A stretch of 64,000 nt of DNA from a virus: IMG/VR virus record IMGVR_UViG_3300032236_000803, positions 1-64,000 of that record; one strand, given 5' to 3'. Below the pieces are notes generated by a model. The model saw nothing but the letters and a program-made list of their open reading frames with translations. It was not told where the DNA came from and did not search any database. Both the position numbers and the translations under genes were made by a program. Below, one piece after another: positions 46,951 through 57,497 of the stretch (within the stretch, counting starts at the first letter, position 1; every line of letters starts with the position of its first letter).

Positions 46951-47547
46951 ATGAAATTGAGTACTATTCGTATTGAAGATTCATTCTGTTCTTGGAATGA
47001 TTTATTTACTGAAGATGAAATTGATGAAATAGTAAAATATTGCGAAGAAGCACCTAGAATAGACGGTCAAATAGGTGCTGGTGCTGGTGAAAAATTAGAT
47101 ATTGATATAAGAAAATCAAAAGTTTCTTTTATTGAAAGAAACGAAGAAAATAATTGGTTTTTTTCTAGAATACAAGCAGCAAGTAATAAGTTAAATTCAA
47201 AATTTTTTGGATTTGACATCGAAGTTTTAAATACTATGCAATACACTGTTTATGATGAAGAAGGCAGTCATTATGATTGGCATTGGGATATATACACAGG
47301 AAACGCTTTAAATAATTTAGAAGATATTAAACAAAGAAAACTTACATCCGTTTTACAATTAGATAATCCTGATGATTATGAAGAAGGATTTCTTCAATTG
47401 AATTCTTGCGGTACAATATCAGAAGTTGATCGTAAAAAAGGATATATGGTTTGTTTTCCGTCTTTTCTTGTGCACAGAGTTACTCCAGTGAAATCTGGAA
47501 AAAGAAGAACTTTGGTTGCTTGGTTTAATGGTCCTGATTGGAGATAG
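46951..47547 (+). CDS. 2OG-Fe(II) oxygenase (prolyl-hydroxylase/PKHD-like)
   Basis: YDWHWD (HxD), RKLT and FPSFLVHRVTPVKSGKRRTLV motifs. Confidence 0.92.
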   Translation: MKLSTIRIEDSFCSWNDLFTEDEIDEIVKYCEEAPRIDGQIGAGAGEKLDIDIRKSKVSFIERNEENNWFFSRIQAASNKLNSKFFGFDIEVLNTMQYTVYDEEGSHYDWHWDIYTGNALNNLEDIKQRKLTSVLQLDNPDDYEEGFLQLNSCGTISEVDRKKGYMVCFPSFLVHRVTPVKSGKRRTLVAWFNGPDWR

Positions 47548-47549
47548 TA

Positions 47550-48152
47550 ATGATTGATGAATATTATGGTTATCCTGAAGATTTTATAAGAGCATATCCT
47601 AAAGCAGTTAGTAGAGAATTTTGTAGGGGTATGATTGATTATTTTGAATGGTGTAATAAAAACAATAGAACATTCAAAAGAACTGAAGCTACCAAATTGT
47701 TCAAGGATGATGAATCTTGTACAGTCCAACCTTTGGACTATTGGGATATTACATTTTCTAATGACAATCTTGGAGGATATGTTCAAGAATTTAATAATTC
47801 TTTTTGGAATGAATGTTGGCCTTCGTATATTTCTGAAGTAGATATTCTAAGACAAATAAATAGCTGTACAATTTTTTCATATAAAATACAGAAAACTATA
47901 CCTTCTGGCGGTTATCATGTATGGCATTTTGAACAGTCAGAAAGACATTCAAGAAGAATTGCTGCATATGTTCTTTATTTAAATGATGTTCCTGAGGGTG
48001 GTGAAACGGAATTTCTTTATCAACAAAAGAGAATTCCTCCAAGTGAAGGTACATTAGTTATTTTTCCAGCATCATATACGCATACGCATAGAGGAAATCC
48101 ACCACTACGTGGAGTCAAATATATTATGACTGGTTGGATTGAATACGGATAA
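47550..48152 (+). CDS. 2OG-Fe(II) oxygenase (prolyl 4-hydroxylase-like)
   Basis: GYHVWHFE, YLNDVPEGGETEF and THRGNPP..KYIMTGW motifs. Confidence 0.92.
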   Translation: MIDEYYGYPEDFIRAYPKAVSREFCRGMIDYFEWCNKNNRTFKRTEATKLFKDDESCTVQPLDYWDITFSNDNLGGYVQEFNNSFWNECWPSYISEVDILRQINSCTIFSYKIQKTIPSGGYHVWHFEQSERHSRRIAAYVLYLNDVPEGGETEFLYQQKRIPPSEGTLVIFPASYTHTHRGNPPLRGVKYIMTGWIEYG

Positions 48153-48156
48153 ATAG

Positions 48157-48179
48157 AAACCCTCGAAAGAGGGTTTTTT
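48157..48179 (+). terminator. rho-independent terminator
   Basis: AAACCCTC-GAAA-GAGGGTTT followed by Ts. Confidence 0.85.
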
Positions 48180-48185
48180 AATAAA

Positions 48186-48193
48186 TATAAATA
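48186..48193 (+). promoter_or_regulatory. T4 late promoter
   Basis: TATAAATA right after the terminator, upstream of the fibre operon. Confidence 0.7.
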
Positions 48194-48221
48194 ATACTAT
48201 AACTAAAATTAGGATTGTGTA

Positions 48222-48560
48222 ATGGCCGCAGGATATTTAGACCTTTTTATCGACCAAGGACAAGATTTTTCCGCAACAATAACTTTGGATAATATGAATG
48301 GTGGAAGTTATAATACAGCAGGATATTTTGCAGAAGGTACAATAAAATCTTCGTATATTTCAGCCAATGCTGCTGCTTATTTCAATACAACCATCGATGC
48401 GACTGGTGATTTGACAATATCGCTTGATTATCTGACAACCCAAAATTTATCATATGGCCGATATGTTTATGATGTATTTCTAATCAATCCAGCAAATACC
48501 CATTCTAAAGTATTAGAAGGAATTGTTTATTTGAACCCTAGCGCAACGACATTTACCTAA
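48222..48560 (+). CDS. small virion structural protein (Ig/BppU-like)
   Basis: LFIDQGQDF..GRYVYDV..KVLEGIV. Confidence 0.75.
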   Translation: MAAGYLDLFIDQGQDFSATITLDNMNGGSYNTAGYFAEGTIKSSYISANAAAYFNTTIDATGDLTISLDYLTTQNLSYGRYVYDVFLINPANTHSKVLEGIVYLNPSATTFT

Positions 48561-48572
48561 TAGGATATTTTT

Positions 48573-48776
48573 ATGGGAATAAATAATAGTATCAGTGTTA
48601 GAGTCAATAATCAACAAGATTACAAAGTTAAAACTGTAAATCTACAATCCGTTAGACTCCAAAATTTAGTAGATGTCTCCTCAGTAAATCCTCAAGACGG
48701 AGACACCTTGGTATATAATGCTACGACTCAATTATATGAAGCTAAACAGATAAATTTAGACTTCGGAGAATATTAA
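48573..48776 (+). CDS. small structural protein
   Basis: LVDV..DGDTLVYN..LDFGEY. Confidence 0.65.
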   Translation: MGINNSISVRVNNQQDYKVKTVNLQSVRLQNLVDVSSVNPQDGDTLVYNATTQLYEAKQINLDFGEY

Positions 48777-48783
48777 TATACCA

Positions 48784-51700
48784 ATGGCAAATACAGCTCC
48801 AATTCAATTTATAAGGTCATTTACGCCAGGTAAAGTACCTGATGCGGCAAATGTAGCAGTTGGCGGTCTTGCTTTAAATCTAGCAGATAGAATAATTTAT
48901 TCTAAAGATCCAACTGGTAATGTGATTTATTTCATTGATCCAGATGTTAATTCTCTGGCAAACATTGCGAACTCATTATTAGCTGCAGCTAATTCTATTA
49001 CCCCTGCATATACGCAAGCCAATTCAGCATATGCTCAGGCCAATTTAGCGCTGTCTGTAGGTCAACAAGCATATAATACTGCAAATATAGTTTGGAAAGA
49101 AGCTAATTCTGCTTGGATTGAAGCAAACAACGCTTATAATACCGCTAACGCTGCATGGATTCAGGCTAATTCAGCATATAACATAGCAAATTCAATATGG
49201 TCTGAAGCAAATAGTGCTTACATACAAGCAAATAACGCATATAATTTAGCGAGTTACACCTATAGTTTTGCCGCTAATGCTTATATATTTGCATCAAGTA
49301 TAGCTAATAATGCATACAACACTGCTAATTCTGCTTGGTTTACTGCTAACACAGCAAACGCAACTGCTAATATAGCATTAACAAATTCAAAATCAGCATA
49401 TAACACAGCCAATGCTGGATATAATGTTGCTAATCTAGCTTTTGCTTCTGCTAATTCAGCTTGGAATACTGCTAACGCTGGATATAACGTAGCAAATCTT
49501 TCATTCTCGGTTGCCAATGCTGGATTCAATACCGCTAACGCTGGATACAATGTTGCTAATCTAGCTTTTGCTTCTGCTAATTCAGCTTGGAATACTGCTA
49601 ACACTGCTAATGGTACAGCTAATATTGCACTCAGTACAGCACAAGCTGGATACAACAACGCTAATAATGCATATAATAGGGCTAATACAGCATACGCTCA
49701 AGCAAATAGCGCATACACATATGCTTCTAATACTGCAAATAGTGCATTTATTTCAGCTAACTCTGCTTGGAATACAGCTAACGCTGGATATAACGTAGCG
49801 AACCTTTCTTTTGCTGTTGCTAATGCTGGATTCAATACGGCTAATGCTGGATATAATGTAGCTAATCTTTCCTATGTTGTAGCAAATTCAGGTTGGAATA
49901 CAGCTAACGCTGGATACAATGTTGCTAATTTATCGTTTGTTGTCGCTAATTCTGCTTGGAATACTGCAAATACTGCAAACGGTACAGCTAATATTGCTCT
50001 AAGTGTTGCTCAATCCGGATACAATACTGCCAATGCTGGTTATAACACTGCAAATGCAGCGTACAACGTAGCTAATTTATCGTTCAACGTAGCAAATAGT
50101 GCTTGGAATACTGCTAACGCTTCATACGGAGTTGCTAATCTTTCTTATGTTGTAGCAAATAGTGCATGGAATACAGCTAACGCTGCATATGGAGTTGCTA
50201 ATTTATCGTTTGTTGTCGCTAATTCTGCTTGGAATACAGCTAACACCGCTAACGGTACAGCTAATATTGCACTTAGCGTTGCTCAATCGGCATATGGACA
50301 AGCCAATAATGAACCAAAGGGCACAGCTGCGTATGGCGTAGCTAATCTAGCGTTTGCTTCTGCTAACTCTGCTTGGAATACAGCTAACGCAGGATATAAT
50401 GTTGCTAATCTATCATTTGTTGTCGCTAATTCTGCTTGGAATACAGCTAACACCGCAAACGGTACAGCTAATATTGCTTTAAGCGTTGCTCAATCAGCAT
50501 ATAATAATTCAAATTCTGCATTTAATACAGCTAATGCTGGATATAATGTTGCTAATTTATCGTTCAACGTAGCTAACAATGCGTACAATACAGCTAATGC
50601 TGCTTGGGCTGGCGCAAACGCTTCTTATACATATGCATCAAGTACCGCTAACAATGCGTACAATACAGCTAATGCTGCTTGGAGCACGGCTAATTCTAAA
50701 TTTAATACTTCTGGCGGAACTATAACTGGTCCAGTTGTCATTAGTTCATCGTTAAATGTTACAGGAAACGTATATTTTGGAGGTAATGTTACTACGATTA
50801 ATGCTAATAATTTAGCTATCGAAGATAACATGATCTATTTAAACAATGGATCAAACGTTGCTAATCCAGATTTAGGGTTTGCTGGTAATTATAATGACGG
50901 CATTTACCATCATGCTGGTTTTTTCAGAAAAGCATCTGATGGAATTTGGAGAGTTTTTGATAGTTATTTACCAGAACCAGATGCGTCCCCGTACATTGAC
51001 ACGAGTAATTCGTCATTCAGGATTGCTGATTTCCAAGCTAATACAGTATACGCAAATACATTAATAATTTCTTCTAATACGTTAATTACCAATTTAAATT
51101 CAACGTTATTAGGTAATCAACCAAGAAGTTATTACGAAAATTTATCGATTGCTGCGTACGCTACTGGGAATTCTGCATATAATACCGCAAATGCAGGGTA
51201 CAACGTTGCTAATCTCTCATTCAACGTAGCTAATTCTGCGTACAATACAGCTAACGCGGGATACAATGTTGCTAACTTATCTTTTGCAGTTGCCAACGCA
51301 GCATTTAATACAGCCAATGCAGGGTACAATGTTGCTAATCTTTCTTTCAACGTAGCTAATTCAGCTTGGAACACTGCGAATACAGCGAACGGTACTGCTA
51401 ATGTTGCATTAAGTGTTGCTCAATCAAGTTACAATACAGCTAACTCTGGTTATAATGTCGCCAACCTATCTTTTAACGTTGCGAATTCAGCTTGGAATAC
51501 TGCAAATACTGCTAATGGTACTGCTAATATAGCATTAAGCGTTGCTCAATCAAGTTACAATACAGCTAACGCTGGATACAACGTTGCTAATTTAGCATTT
51601 AATTCTGCTAATAACGCATATAGTTACGCGTCAAGTACAGCAAACAACGCTTACATCACCGCGAATTCAGCTTGGGATACTGCTAACACTGCTAACGGTA

Positions 51701-53334
51701 CTGCAAATGTAGCATTAAGCGTTGCGCAATCAAGTTATAATACCGCCAATGCAGGTTATAACGTTGCTAATCTTTCGTTTAACGTAGCTAATTCAGCTTG
51801 GTTTACTGCGAATACTGCTAACGGTACTGCTAACATAGCATTAACAAATGCATCATCAGCGTACAATACTGCCAACGCCGGATACAATGTTGCTAATCTG
51901 TCATTCAATATTGCAAATTCAGCTTGGTTTACTGCGAATACTGCTAACGGAACAGCTAACATTGCGTTGTCTGTTGCTCAGGCAGGATACAATTTAACAA
52001 ATCTTTCGTTTAACGTAGCTAACTCTGCTTGGAATACTGCTAATACTGCTAACGGCACGGCTAACGTTGCATTAAGCGTTGCGCAATCTGGATACAATAC
52101 TGCCAACGCAGGATATAATGTAGCCAATCTATCGTTTGTTGTAGCAAATAACGCTTGGTTTACCGCTAACACAGCTAACGGAACAGCTAACATTGCATTA
52201 AGCGTTGCTCAAGCAGCATATAATCAAGCTAATACAGGCGGCGGTAATACAGTATATGCTGCCTATAACCAAGCAAATGCGGCATATTTGACTGCTAATA
52301 CTGCGAACGGTACAGCTAATATTGCATTAAGCGTTGCTCAAGCAGCATATAATCAAGCTAATACAGGCGGTGGTAATACAGTATATGCTGCTTATAATCA
52401 AGCAAATATTGCATATTTAACTGCCAACACTAAAGTTTACAATTTCAGACAAAATACTGCTCCAACGTCAGCAAATACTAGTGATACTTGGACAAATATT
52501 GATACAGGAGTTATATACGAAAATTGGGGAAATACATCAAATCCTGTTTGGGCAGAATTTGGTCCAACTGGAGTTATGTCTAATTCTGCTCCTGGTATAT
52601 TTTCCGCAATAAGCATTACGTCTGCAAATGGCATATATTCTAACGGACAGATAATAACAAATTATCTACCTACAACGACAACTGGGGCAGCAATACAAAT
52701 TACTTCCGCCAATACAAAAGGCGGTACTGGTTATGCGGATTTTTTACAATTTACAAACCTCTCTGGTGGCGTAACCAATCCGAATAAATGGATTCGTTTA
52801 GATTCTATTGGAAATTTACAAATTGTTAATAGTGCATATCAATCAACATCATTGTCGTTGTCCGATGGAGGAGATTTAACGCTTGCTGGTAATACAACAG
52901 TTAATGGTATAGCTGCTGGATATGCTCCGAATCGTCCTGCATTCCGTATAACAGGTAATGGCGGTTCGATTAGTGCTACTACAACAGTTGCTGGCGGATA
53001 CATGGTTGTCGATTTTAATCAAGGTAGTTATTTGAATACGACAACAGGTATATTTACTGCTCCAGTTGCTGGTTTATATCAAGTCAATGTTGTGGTTAGA
53101 ACACAATCAAACGCTAATCCAACGATTAACCAAATTATCATTAGAAAAACTACATCGGGTAATACTGTTACATCAATCATTATGGTTGAATTTGGAGTTA
53201 ATACTTCGATGAATCACGCTGGCGGTTCTACAATAGTAAAACTGTCGGCTGGAGATACTTTAAAATTTGACGTAACTAGTGGTACAATTAGTTTCGACGG
53301 TAATGATAATTGGTCAGTAGCATACATAGGTTAA
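48784..53334 (+). CDS. long fibre protein with Ala-Asn heptad repeats and a C-terminal C1q-like domain
   Basis: More than 100 AN-x-A-aromatic heptads; C-terminal PAFR..FNQG..GIFTAPVAGLYQ..VKLSAGD. Confidence 0.85.
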   Translation: MANTAPIQFIRSFTPGKVPDAANVAVGGLALNLADRIIYSKDPTGNVIYFIDPDVNSLANIANSLLAAANSITPAYTQANSAYAQANLALSVGQQAYNTANIVWKEANSAWIEANNAYNTANAAWIQANSAYNIANSIWSEANSAYIQANNAYNLASYTYSFAANAYIFASSIANNAYNTANSAWFTANTANATANIALTNSKSAYNTANAGYNVANLAFASANSAWNTANAGYNVANLSFSVANAGFNTANAGYNVANLAFASANSAWNTANTANGTANIALSTAQAGYNNANNAYNRANTAYAQANSAYTYASNTANSAFISANSAWNTANAGYNVANLSFAVANAGFNTANAGYNVANLSYVVANSGWNTANAGYNVANLSFVVANSAWNTANTANGTANIALSVAQSGYNTANAGYNTANAAYNVANLSFNVANSAWNTANASYGVANLSYVVANSAWNTANAAYGVANLSFVVANSAWNTANTANGTANIALSVAQSAYGQANNEPKGTAAYGVANLAFASANSAWNTANAGYNVANLSFVVANSAWNTANTANGTANIALSVAQSAYNNSNSAFNTANAGYNVANLSFNVANNAYNTANAAWAGANASYTYASSTANNAYNTANAAWSTANSKFNTSGGTITGPVVISSSLNVTGNVYFGGNVTTINANNLAIEDNMIYLNNGSNVANPDLGFAGNYNDGIYHHAGFFRKASDGIWRVFDSYLPEPDASPYIDTSNSSFRIADFQANTVYANTLIISSNTLITNLNSTLLGNQPRSYYENLSIAAYATGNSAYNTANAGYNVANLSFNVANSAYNTANAGYNVANLSFAVANAAFNTANAGYNVANLSFNVANSAWNTANTANGTANVALSVAQSSYNTANSGYNVANLSFNVANSAWNTANTANGTANIALSVAQSSYNTANAGYNVANLAFNSANNAYSYASSTANNAYITANSAWDTANTANGTANVALSVAQSSYNTANAGYNVANLSFNVANSAWFTANTANGTANIALTNASSAYNTANAGYNVANLSFNIANSAWFTANTANGTANIALSVAQAGYNLTNLSFNVANSAWNTANTANGTANVALSVAQSGYNTANAGYNVANLSFVVANNAWFTANTANGTANIALSVAQAAYNQANTGGGNTVYAAYNQANAAYLTANTANGTANIALSVAQAAYNQANTGGGNTVYAAYNQANIAYLTANTKVYNFRQNTAPTSANTSDTWTNIDTGVIYENWGNTSNPVWAEFGPTGVMSNSAPGIFSAISITSANGIYSNGQIITNYLPTTTTGAAIQITSANTKGGTGYADFLQFTNLSGGVTNPNKWIRLDSIGNLQIVNSAYQSTSLSLSDGGDLTLAGNTTVNGIAAGYAPNRPAFRITGNGGSISATTTVAGGYMVVDFNQGSYLNTTTGIFTAPVAGLYQVNVVVRTQSNANPTINQIIIRKTTSGNTVTSIIMVEFGVNTSMNHAGGSTIVKLSAGDTLKFDVTSGTISFDGNDNWSVAYIG

Positions 53335-53337
53335 ACG

Positions 53338-54519
53338 ATGTCTATAATTCAATTTCCAAGTAATCCATTTTTATACCAAACATTTACAGTCGGTAGTAAG
53401 ACTTGGATATGGAACGGGTATGCTTGGGATTTACAAACAGCCAATAATTCAAGTTTAACTACAAACATTACAGCAGCTTGGAATACGGCTAATACTGCAA
53501 ATGCTACTGCTAACATTGCATTAAGCGTTGCGCAAGCAGCATATAACCAAGCGAATATTGGCGGTGGTGGGGGAAGCAGCACAGCTAATGCAGCATACAG
53601 CGTTGCTAATACTGCATATTTAACAGCTAACTCTGCTTGGTTTACTGCGAATACGGCTAATGCTACTGCTAATATAGCTCTATCCGTTTCTCAATCCGCG
53701 TATAACAATTCTAATGCGGCATTTAATACAGCCAATGCAGGATACAACGTAGCAAATCTTTCATTCAATGTAGCTAATTCAGCTTGGAACACTGCAAATA
53801 CAGCGAACGGTACTGCTAATATTGCATTAAGTGTTGCTCAATCTGGATATAATAATTCTAATGCGGCATTTAATACAGCCAATGCAGCGTATAACGTTGC
53901 TAATTTAGCGTTTGTTGTAGCAAACTCTGCTTGGTTTACTGCGAATACAGCAAACGCTACTGCTAATATCGCCCTATCCATTTCTCAATCTGCATATAAC
54001 CAAGGAAACGCTGCATACTCCCAAGCTAATTCTAAAATATATGCATTTTTCCAGAATACGGCTCCAACTTCAGCAAATTCTCATGATTTATGGATAAACA
54101 ATGATACCGGAAGCGTTTATGAAAATTTCGGAAATACTTCCGCTCCTATATGGGCAGAATTTGGTCCAACAGGCATATCTATCAGTTCAACCACGACTAG
54201 AATACAAACTATTTCTGATTCAACTTCTATAACAATTAATACAGATATAACTGATATTGCTATACAAGTAAATACGCAAGCAGCAGGAACTTTGACAATT
54301 AATTCTCCAACTGGATCTTTTATCGAAGGACAAAAATTTATATTAAGACTGAAATGTACCAATTCACAAACATTATCTTGGAATCCTATATTTGTTGGAT
54401 CATCGGACGTGGCTCTTCCATCAACTACAACTGGAAGTTCAAAAACGGATTATCTTGGATTCGTATATAACGCTATAGACAGTAAATGGAACTTATTGGC
54501 AAAGAATTTTGGTTATTAA
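53338..54519 (+). CDS. fibre protein with Ala-Asn heptads
   Basis: FPSNP..KTWIWNG N-terminus, heptads, C-terminal KTDYLGFVYN domain. Confidence 0.8.
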   Translation: MSIIQFPSNPFLYQTFTVGSKTWIWNGYAWDLQTANNSSLTTNITAAWNTANTANATANIALSVAQAAYNQANIGGGGGSSTANAAYSVANTAYLTANSAWFTANTANATANIALSVSQSAYNNSNAAFNTANAGYNVANLSFNVANSAWNTANTANGTANIALSVAQSGYNNSNAAFNTANAAYNVANLAFVVANSAWFTANTANATANIALSISQSAYNQGNAAYSQANSKIYAFFQNTAPTSANSHDLWINNDTGSVYENFGNTSAPIWAEFGPTGISISSTTTRIQTISDSTSITINTDITDIAIQVNTQAAGTLTINSPTGSFIEGQKFILRLKCTNSQTLSWNPIFVGSSDVALPSTTTGSSKTDYLGFVYNAIDSKWNLLAKNFGY

Positions 54520-54536
54520 TTGGCGGTATTTTTTAG

Positions 54537-54737
54537 ATGAACGAATTACATATTTTAGAAAATGGATGGTATAAAATAGATTTTGAAGCTGGTATTTATC
54601 CTTACATATGCAAAGATTCTATAATTTTGCCTCCTGAAAAATACAACCAATTATCAAAAGATGATATTAATGCATTAATATCAGAAAAATATAATATTTG
54701 GATTGATTACATTAACAACTTAAATTCTGAAAATTAA
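54537..54737 (+). CDS. small hypothetical protein
   Basis: ORF between fibre genes. Confidence 0.55.
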   Translation: MNELHILENGWYKIDFEAGIYPYICKDSIILPPEKYNQLSKDDINALISEKYNIWIDYINNLNSEN

Positions 54738-54739
54738 TT

Positions 54740-57463
54740 ATGACTACTTATTATTGGGTCGGAGGATCAGGAACTTGGGATAATGCCAATACAATTAATT
54801 GGTCAACTAGCTCTGGCGGAGCTGGTTCTGCGGGAATACCGACTGGTTCAGATGATGTATTTTTTGACGCTAATTCTAATTCTAGCTCATACATAATAAC
54901 TCTTGCTTCCAGTACTTTAACGGCAGGAAATTGCAGAAACCTAACTATTTCAGGGCCATCGAGTGGAAACGTAAGTTTCGGTACTTCAGCTTTTGGGTAT
55001 CTTAATTTAACTGGATCAATGTACATGAGTTCCTCTGGAATATTAGTTGGTAGCGGATATAAACAAATAACACATTCGCCTTATGCTAATTCAACTATAG
55101 CAGTTTCTCTCCCATACAATACTCTTTATATAAATTACATATTAAATCCAAATCAATATGAAATAACATTAGCGTCTGCTTTTATGGCTGGAGGAAGTTG
55201 GACTATTAATAGTAGTTTAAATACCGCTGGATATGCTATATCCACGTTAGGATTTACTAATACAGGAACCGCGACAAGATCATTAAAATTAGGTTCTAGT
55301 ATCATATACATGAACGGTAACGCTTTTGCATTAAACGGTACTGGATTGATATTAGATGCTGGGACTTCGACAATAATACAAACATCAACAACGGGATATC
55401 CTATAACGTTAACAGGAACATCTGTAAATTTATATAATCTCGTCTATATCGCAAATGCTACTAACTATAATATAACAACAGTAAATCCTGCGACTTTTAA
55501 TACAATCAGTTTAGGGAGAAGCGACAACTCTACTGTATCTACTAAATGGGCAGGTAGAATAAATGCCAATACGTTAGACTTAGGATCACCTTTAAATCCG
55601 TCGTCAAGAATATTTTTCGAAGGATTATATGGAACCCCAGCGACAATAAATGCTAATGTCGTTAATAATTTTTCATATTTGGATTTTTTCAATATTAATG
55701 GATCTGGTGGCTTATCGTCAACAGCAAACAGTATTGGTGATTGGGGAGGAAATAGTGGAATAACTTTCGACCCGCCAATGACTCTTTATTGGGCAGGTCC
55801 AATTAATGGTGGGACTTTACAAGATAGTAATGTTTGGGCTTCTTTTGATGGCGGTTCTGCAAATTCCGCATTATATCCATTAGCACAACATACGATAAAC
55901 GTTACAGACACTATATTAAGTAATACTGCTAATTTATATTTAGGAAAAATTGGTACGGTAGTTCCAACTTATAAAAATACTATTGGATCAATTAATACGC
56001 TATCTAGATCATTACCATTAACTATTGGAACAGGCGTTTCGACTTATACCACAATTTGGTGTTCTGGTGATATGATATTCGGCCCATCGATATCATATAA
56101 AAGCATAGTCGGTTCATCATCCATTGTGTTCTATGGTAATAATAATCAATTTTATTATTATTCGAATACGTCTGGTCCAAACGTATCATTTATTAATGTG
56201 GACAAATATTCCGGTAAGTTGACGTTGGGCAGTAATTTAAATTCAACCGCGTCAATTTCTTTCAGTTCAGGAATTATAGATTTAAATGCAAAATCATTAA
56301 CCACATCATCTTTTAGTGGATATGATTCAGCCAACACATCTAAACCAGTAACTATAATATCAAACGGAGCAAATATAACTGTTACCGGAGCAGGAACTAC
56401 GATATCGTCACCTTTCGATCTATCGTACACGACTCCTTCTAATTTCAATTTAAACGGTCTTTTAAACGTTAGCGTAGTTAATCCAACTTCTACTCCTACT
56501 GGCGTATATACTGGATCGGCTCAATCGGTATCAACTAATGTTAATATAAGGTTTGTAAGCGGATCATACCCGTTAACGTTTACAACTTCCGCTAACAACG
56601 TGACATTCTCCGGATTTTCTGGTTCATTAGTTGCTGGCACTAGAACAATTTATGGTTCATTAACGTTGTCACCTAATATGACTGTAGCGCCTACTACGTT
56701 AGTGACTACTTTCAGCACTGGTAGTAATACCTTTATAAAAACGTCAAACGTAGCGATGCCAATACCTATAACAATATTTACACAAGGGTCAGGGTCTTTT
56801 ACAGCGTTGGACAATCTTAATATGGGAACTTCGGCATTTACCATATCTCCTTATGGAACGTTTAACGCAAACAACAACAATATAATTTGCGGTAGCGTTA
56901 ATGTCCCAGCTGCATGTGCCGCTCCAAAAATAATTACAATGGGAAATGGAACTTGGAATATAACAGGAAATGCTTGGAATATGTTAGGTAGTAACATAAC
57001 CATATATCCGAATAATTCCACCATCATTTTAAGTAATAATACAATAAGTAAAACGTTTGTTGGCGGGTCTAGCCAAACCTATTACAATTTAGTCATAGGA
57101 GGAATTGGAAATACTACAATATCGGGAAATAATACGTTTAATAACATAACAAATACCATAGCTCCTGCTAACGTAATTTTCACTTCCAACACCATACAAA
57201 CAGTTTCTAATTTCGGATTATCTGGTAATTCTGGGAATTTAATATCAATATATTCAACTTCTCCGAATTACAAATCGACGTTAGTTAAATCTGGCGCAGG
57301 AACAATAACAGTAAATTATTTGAACATTTCTTCTAGTAATGCTTACCCAACATTAACTTGGTATGCTAATAATTCATCTAACGTTTCTAATGTAATTGGA
57401 TGGATTTTTAACGCTAATCCAATCACAATGGTTACGACTGGGAATTTCTTTGCTTTCTTCTGA
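54740..57463 (+). CDS. beta-helix-like adhesin/tailspike protein
   Basis: YYWVGGSGTWD..NWSTSSGG..DDVFFDANS N-terminus; S/T/N/G-rich beta repeats. Confidence 0.75.
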   Translation: MTTYYWVGGSGTWDNANTINWSTSSGGAGSAGIPTGSDDVFFDANSNSSSYIITLASSTLTAGNCRNLTISGPSSGNVSFGTSAFGYLNLTGSMYMSSSGILVGSGYKQITHSPYANSTIAVSLPYNTLYINYILNPNQYEITLASAFMAGGSWTINSSLNTAGYAISTLGFTNTGTATRSLKLGSSIIYMNGNAFALNGTGLILDAGTSTIIQTSTTGYPITLTGTSVNLYNLVYIANATNYNITTVNPATFNTISLGRSDNSTVSTKWAGRINANTLDLGSPLNPSSRIFFEGLYGTPATINANVVNNFSYLDFFNINGSGGLSSTANSIGDWGGNSGITFDPPMTLYWAGPINGGTLQDSNVWASFDGGSANSALYPLAQHTINVTDTILSNTANLYLGKIGTVVPTYKNTIGSINTLSRSLPLTIGTGVSTYTTIWCSGDMIFGPSISYKSIVGSSSIVFYGNNNQFYYYSNTSGPNVSFINVDKYSGKLTLGSNLNSTASISFSSGIIDLNAKSLTTSSFSGYDSANTSKPVTIISNGANITVTGAGTTISSPFDLSYTTPSNFNLNGLLNVSVVNPTSTPTGVYTGSAQSVSTNVNIRFVSGSYPLTFTTSANNVTFSGFSGSLVAGTRTIYGSLTLSPNMTVAPTTLVTTFSTGSNTFIKTSNVAMPIPITIFTQGSGSFTALDNLNMGTSAFTISPYGTFNANNNNIICGSVNVPAACAAPKIITMGNGTWNITGNAWNMLGSNITIYPNNSTIILSNNTISKTFVGGSSQTYYNLVIGGIGNTTISGNNTFNNITNTIAPANVIFTSNTIQTVSNFGLSGNSGNLISIYSTSPNYKSTLVKSGAGTITVNYLNISSSNAYPTLTWYANNSSNVSNVIGWIFNANPITMVTTGNFFAFF

Positions 57464-57464
57464 T

Positions 57465-57472
57465 TATAAATA
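57465..57472 (+). promoter_or_regulatory. T4 late promoter
   Basis: TATAAATA 26 nt before the ATG. Confidence 0.7.
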
Positions 57473-57497
57473 ATAAAAACCACAGAGTATAGTATAA

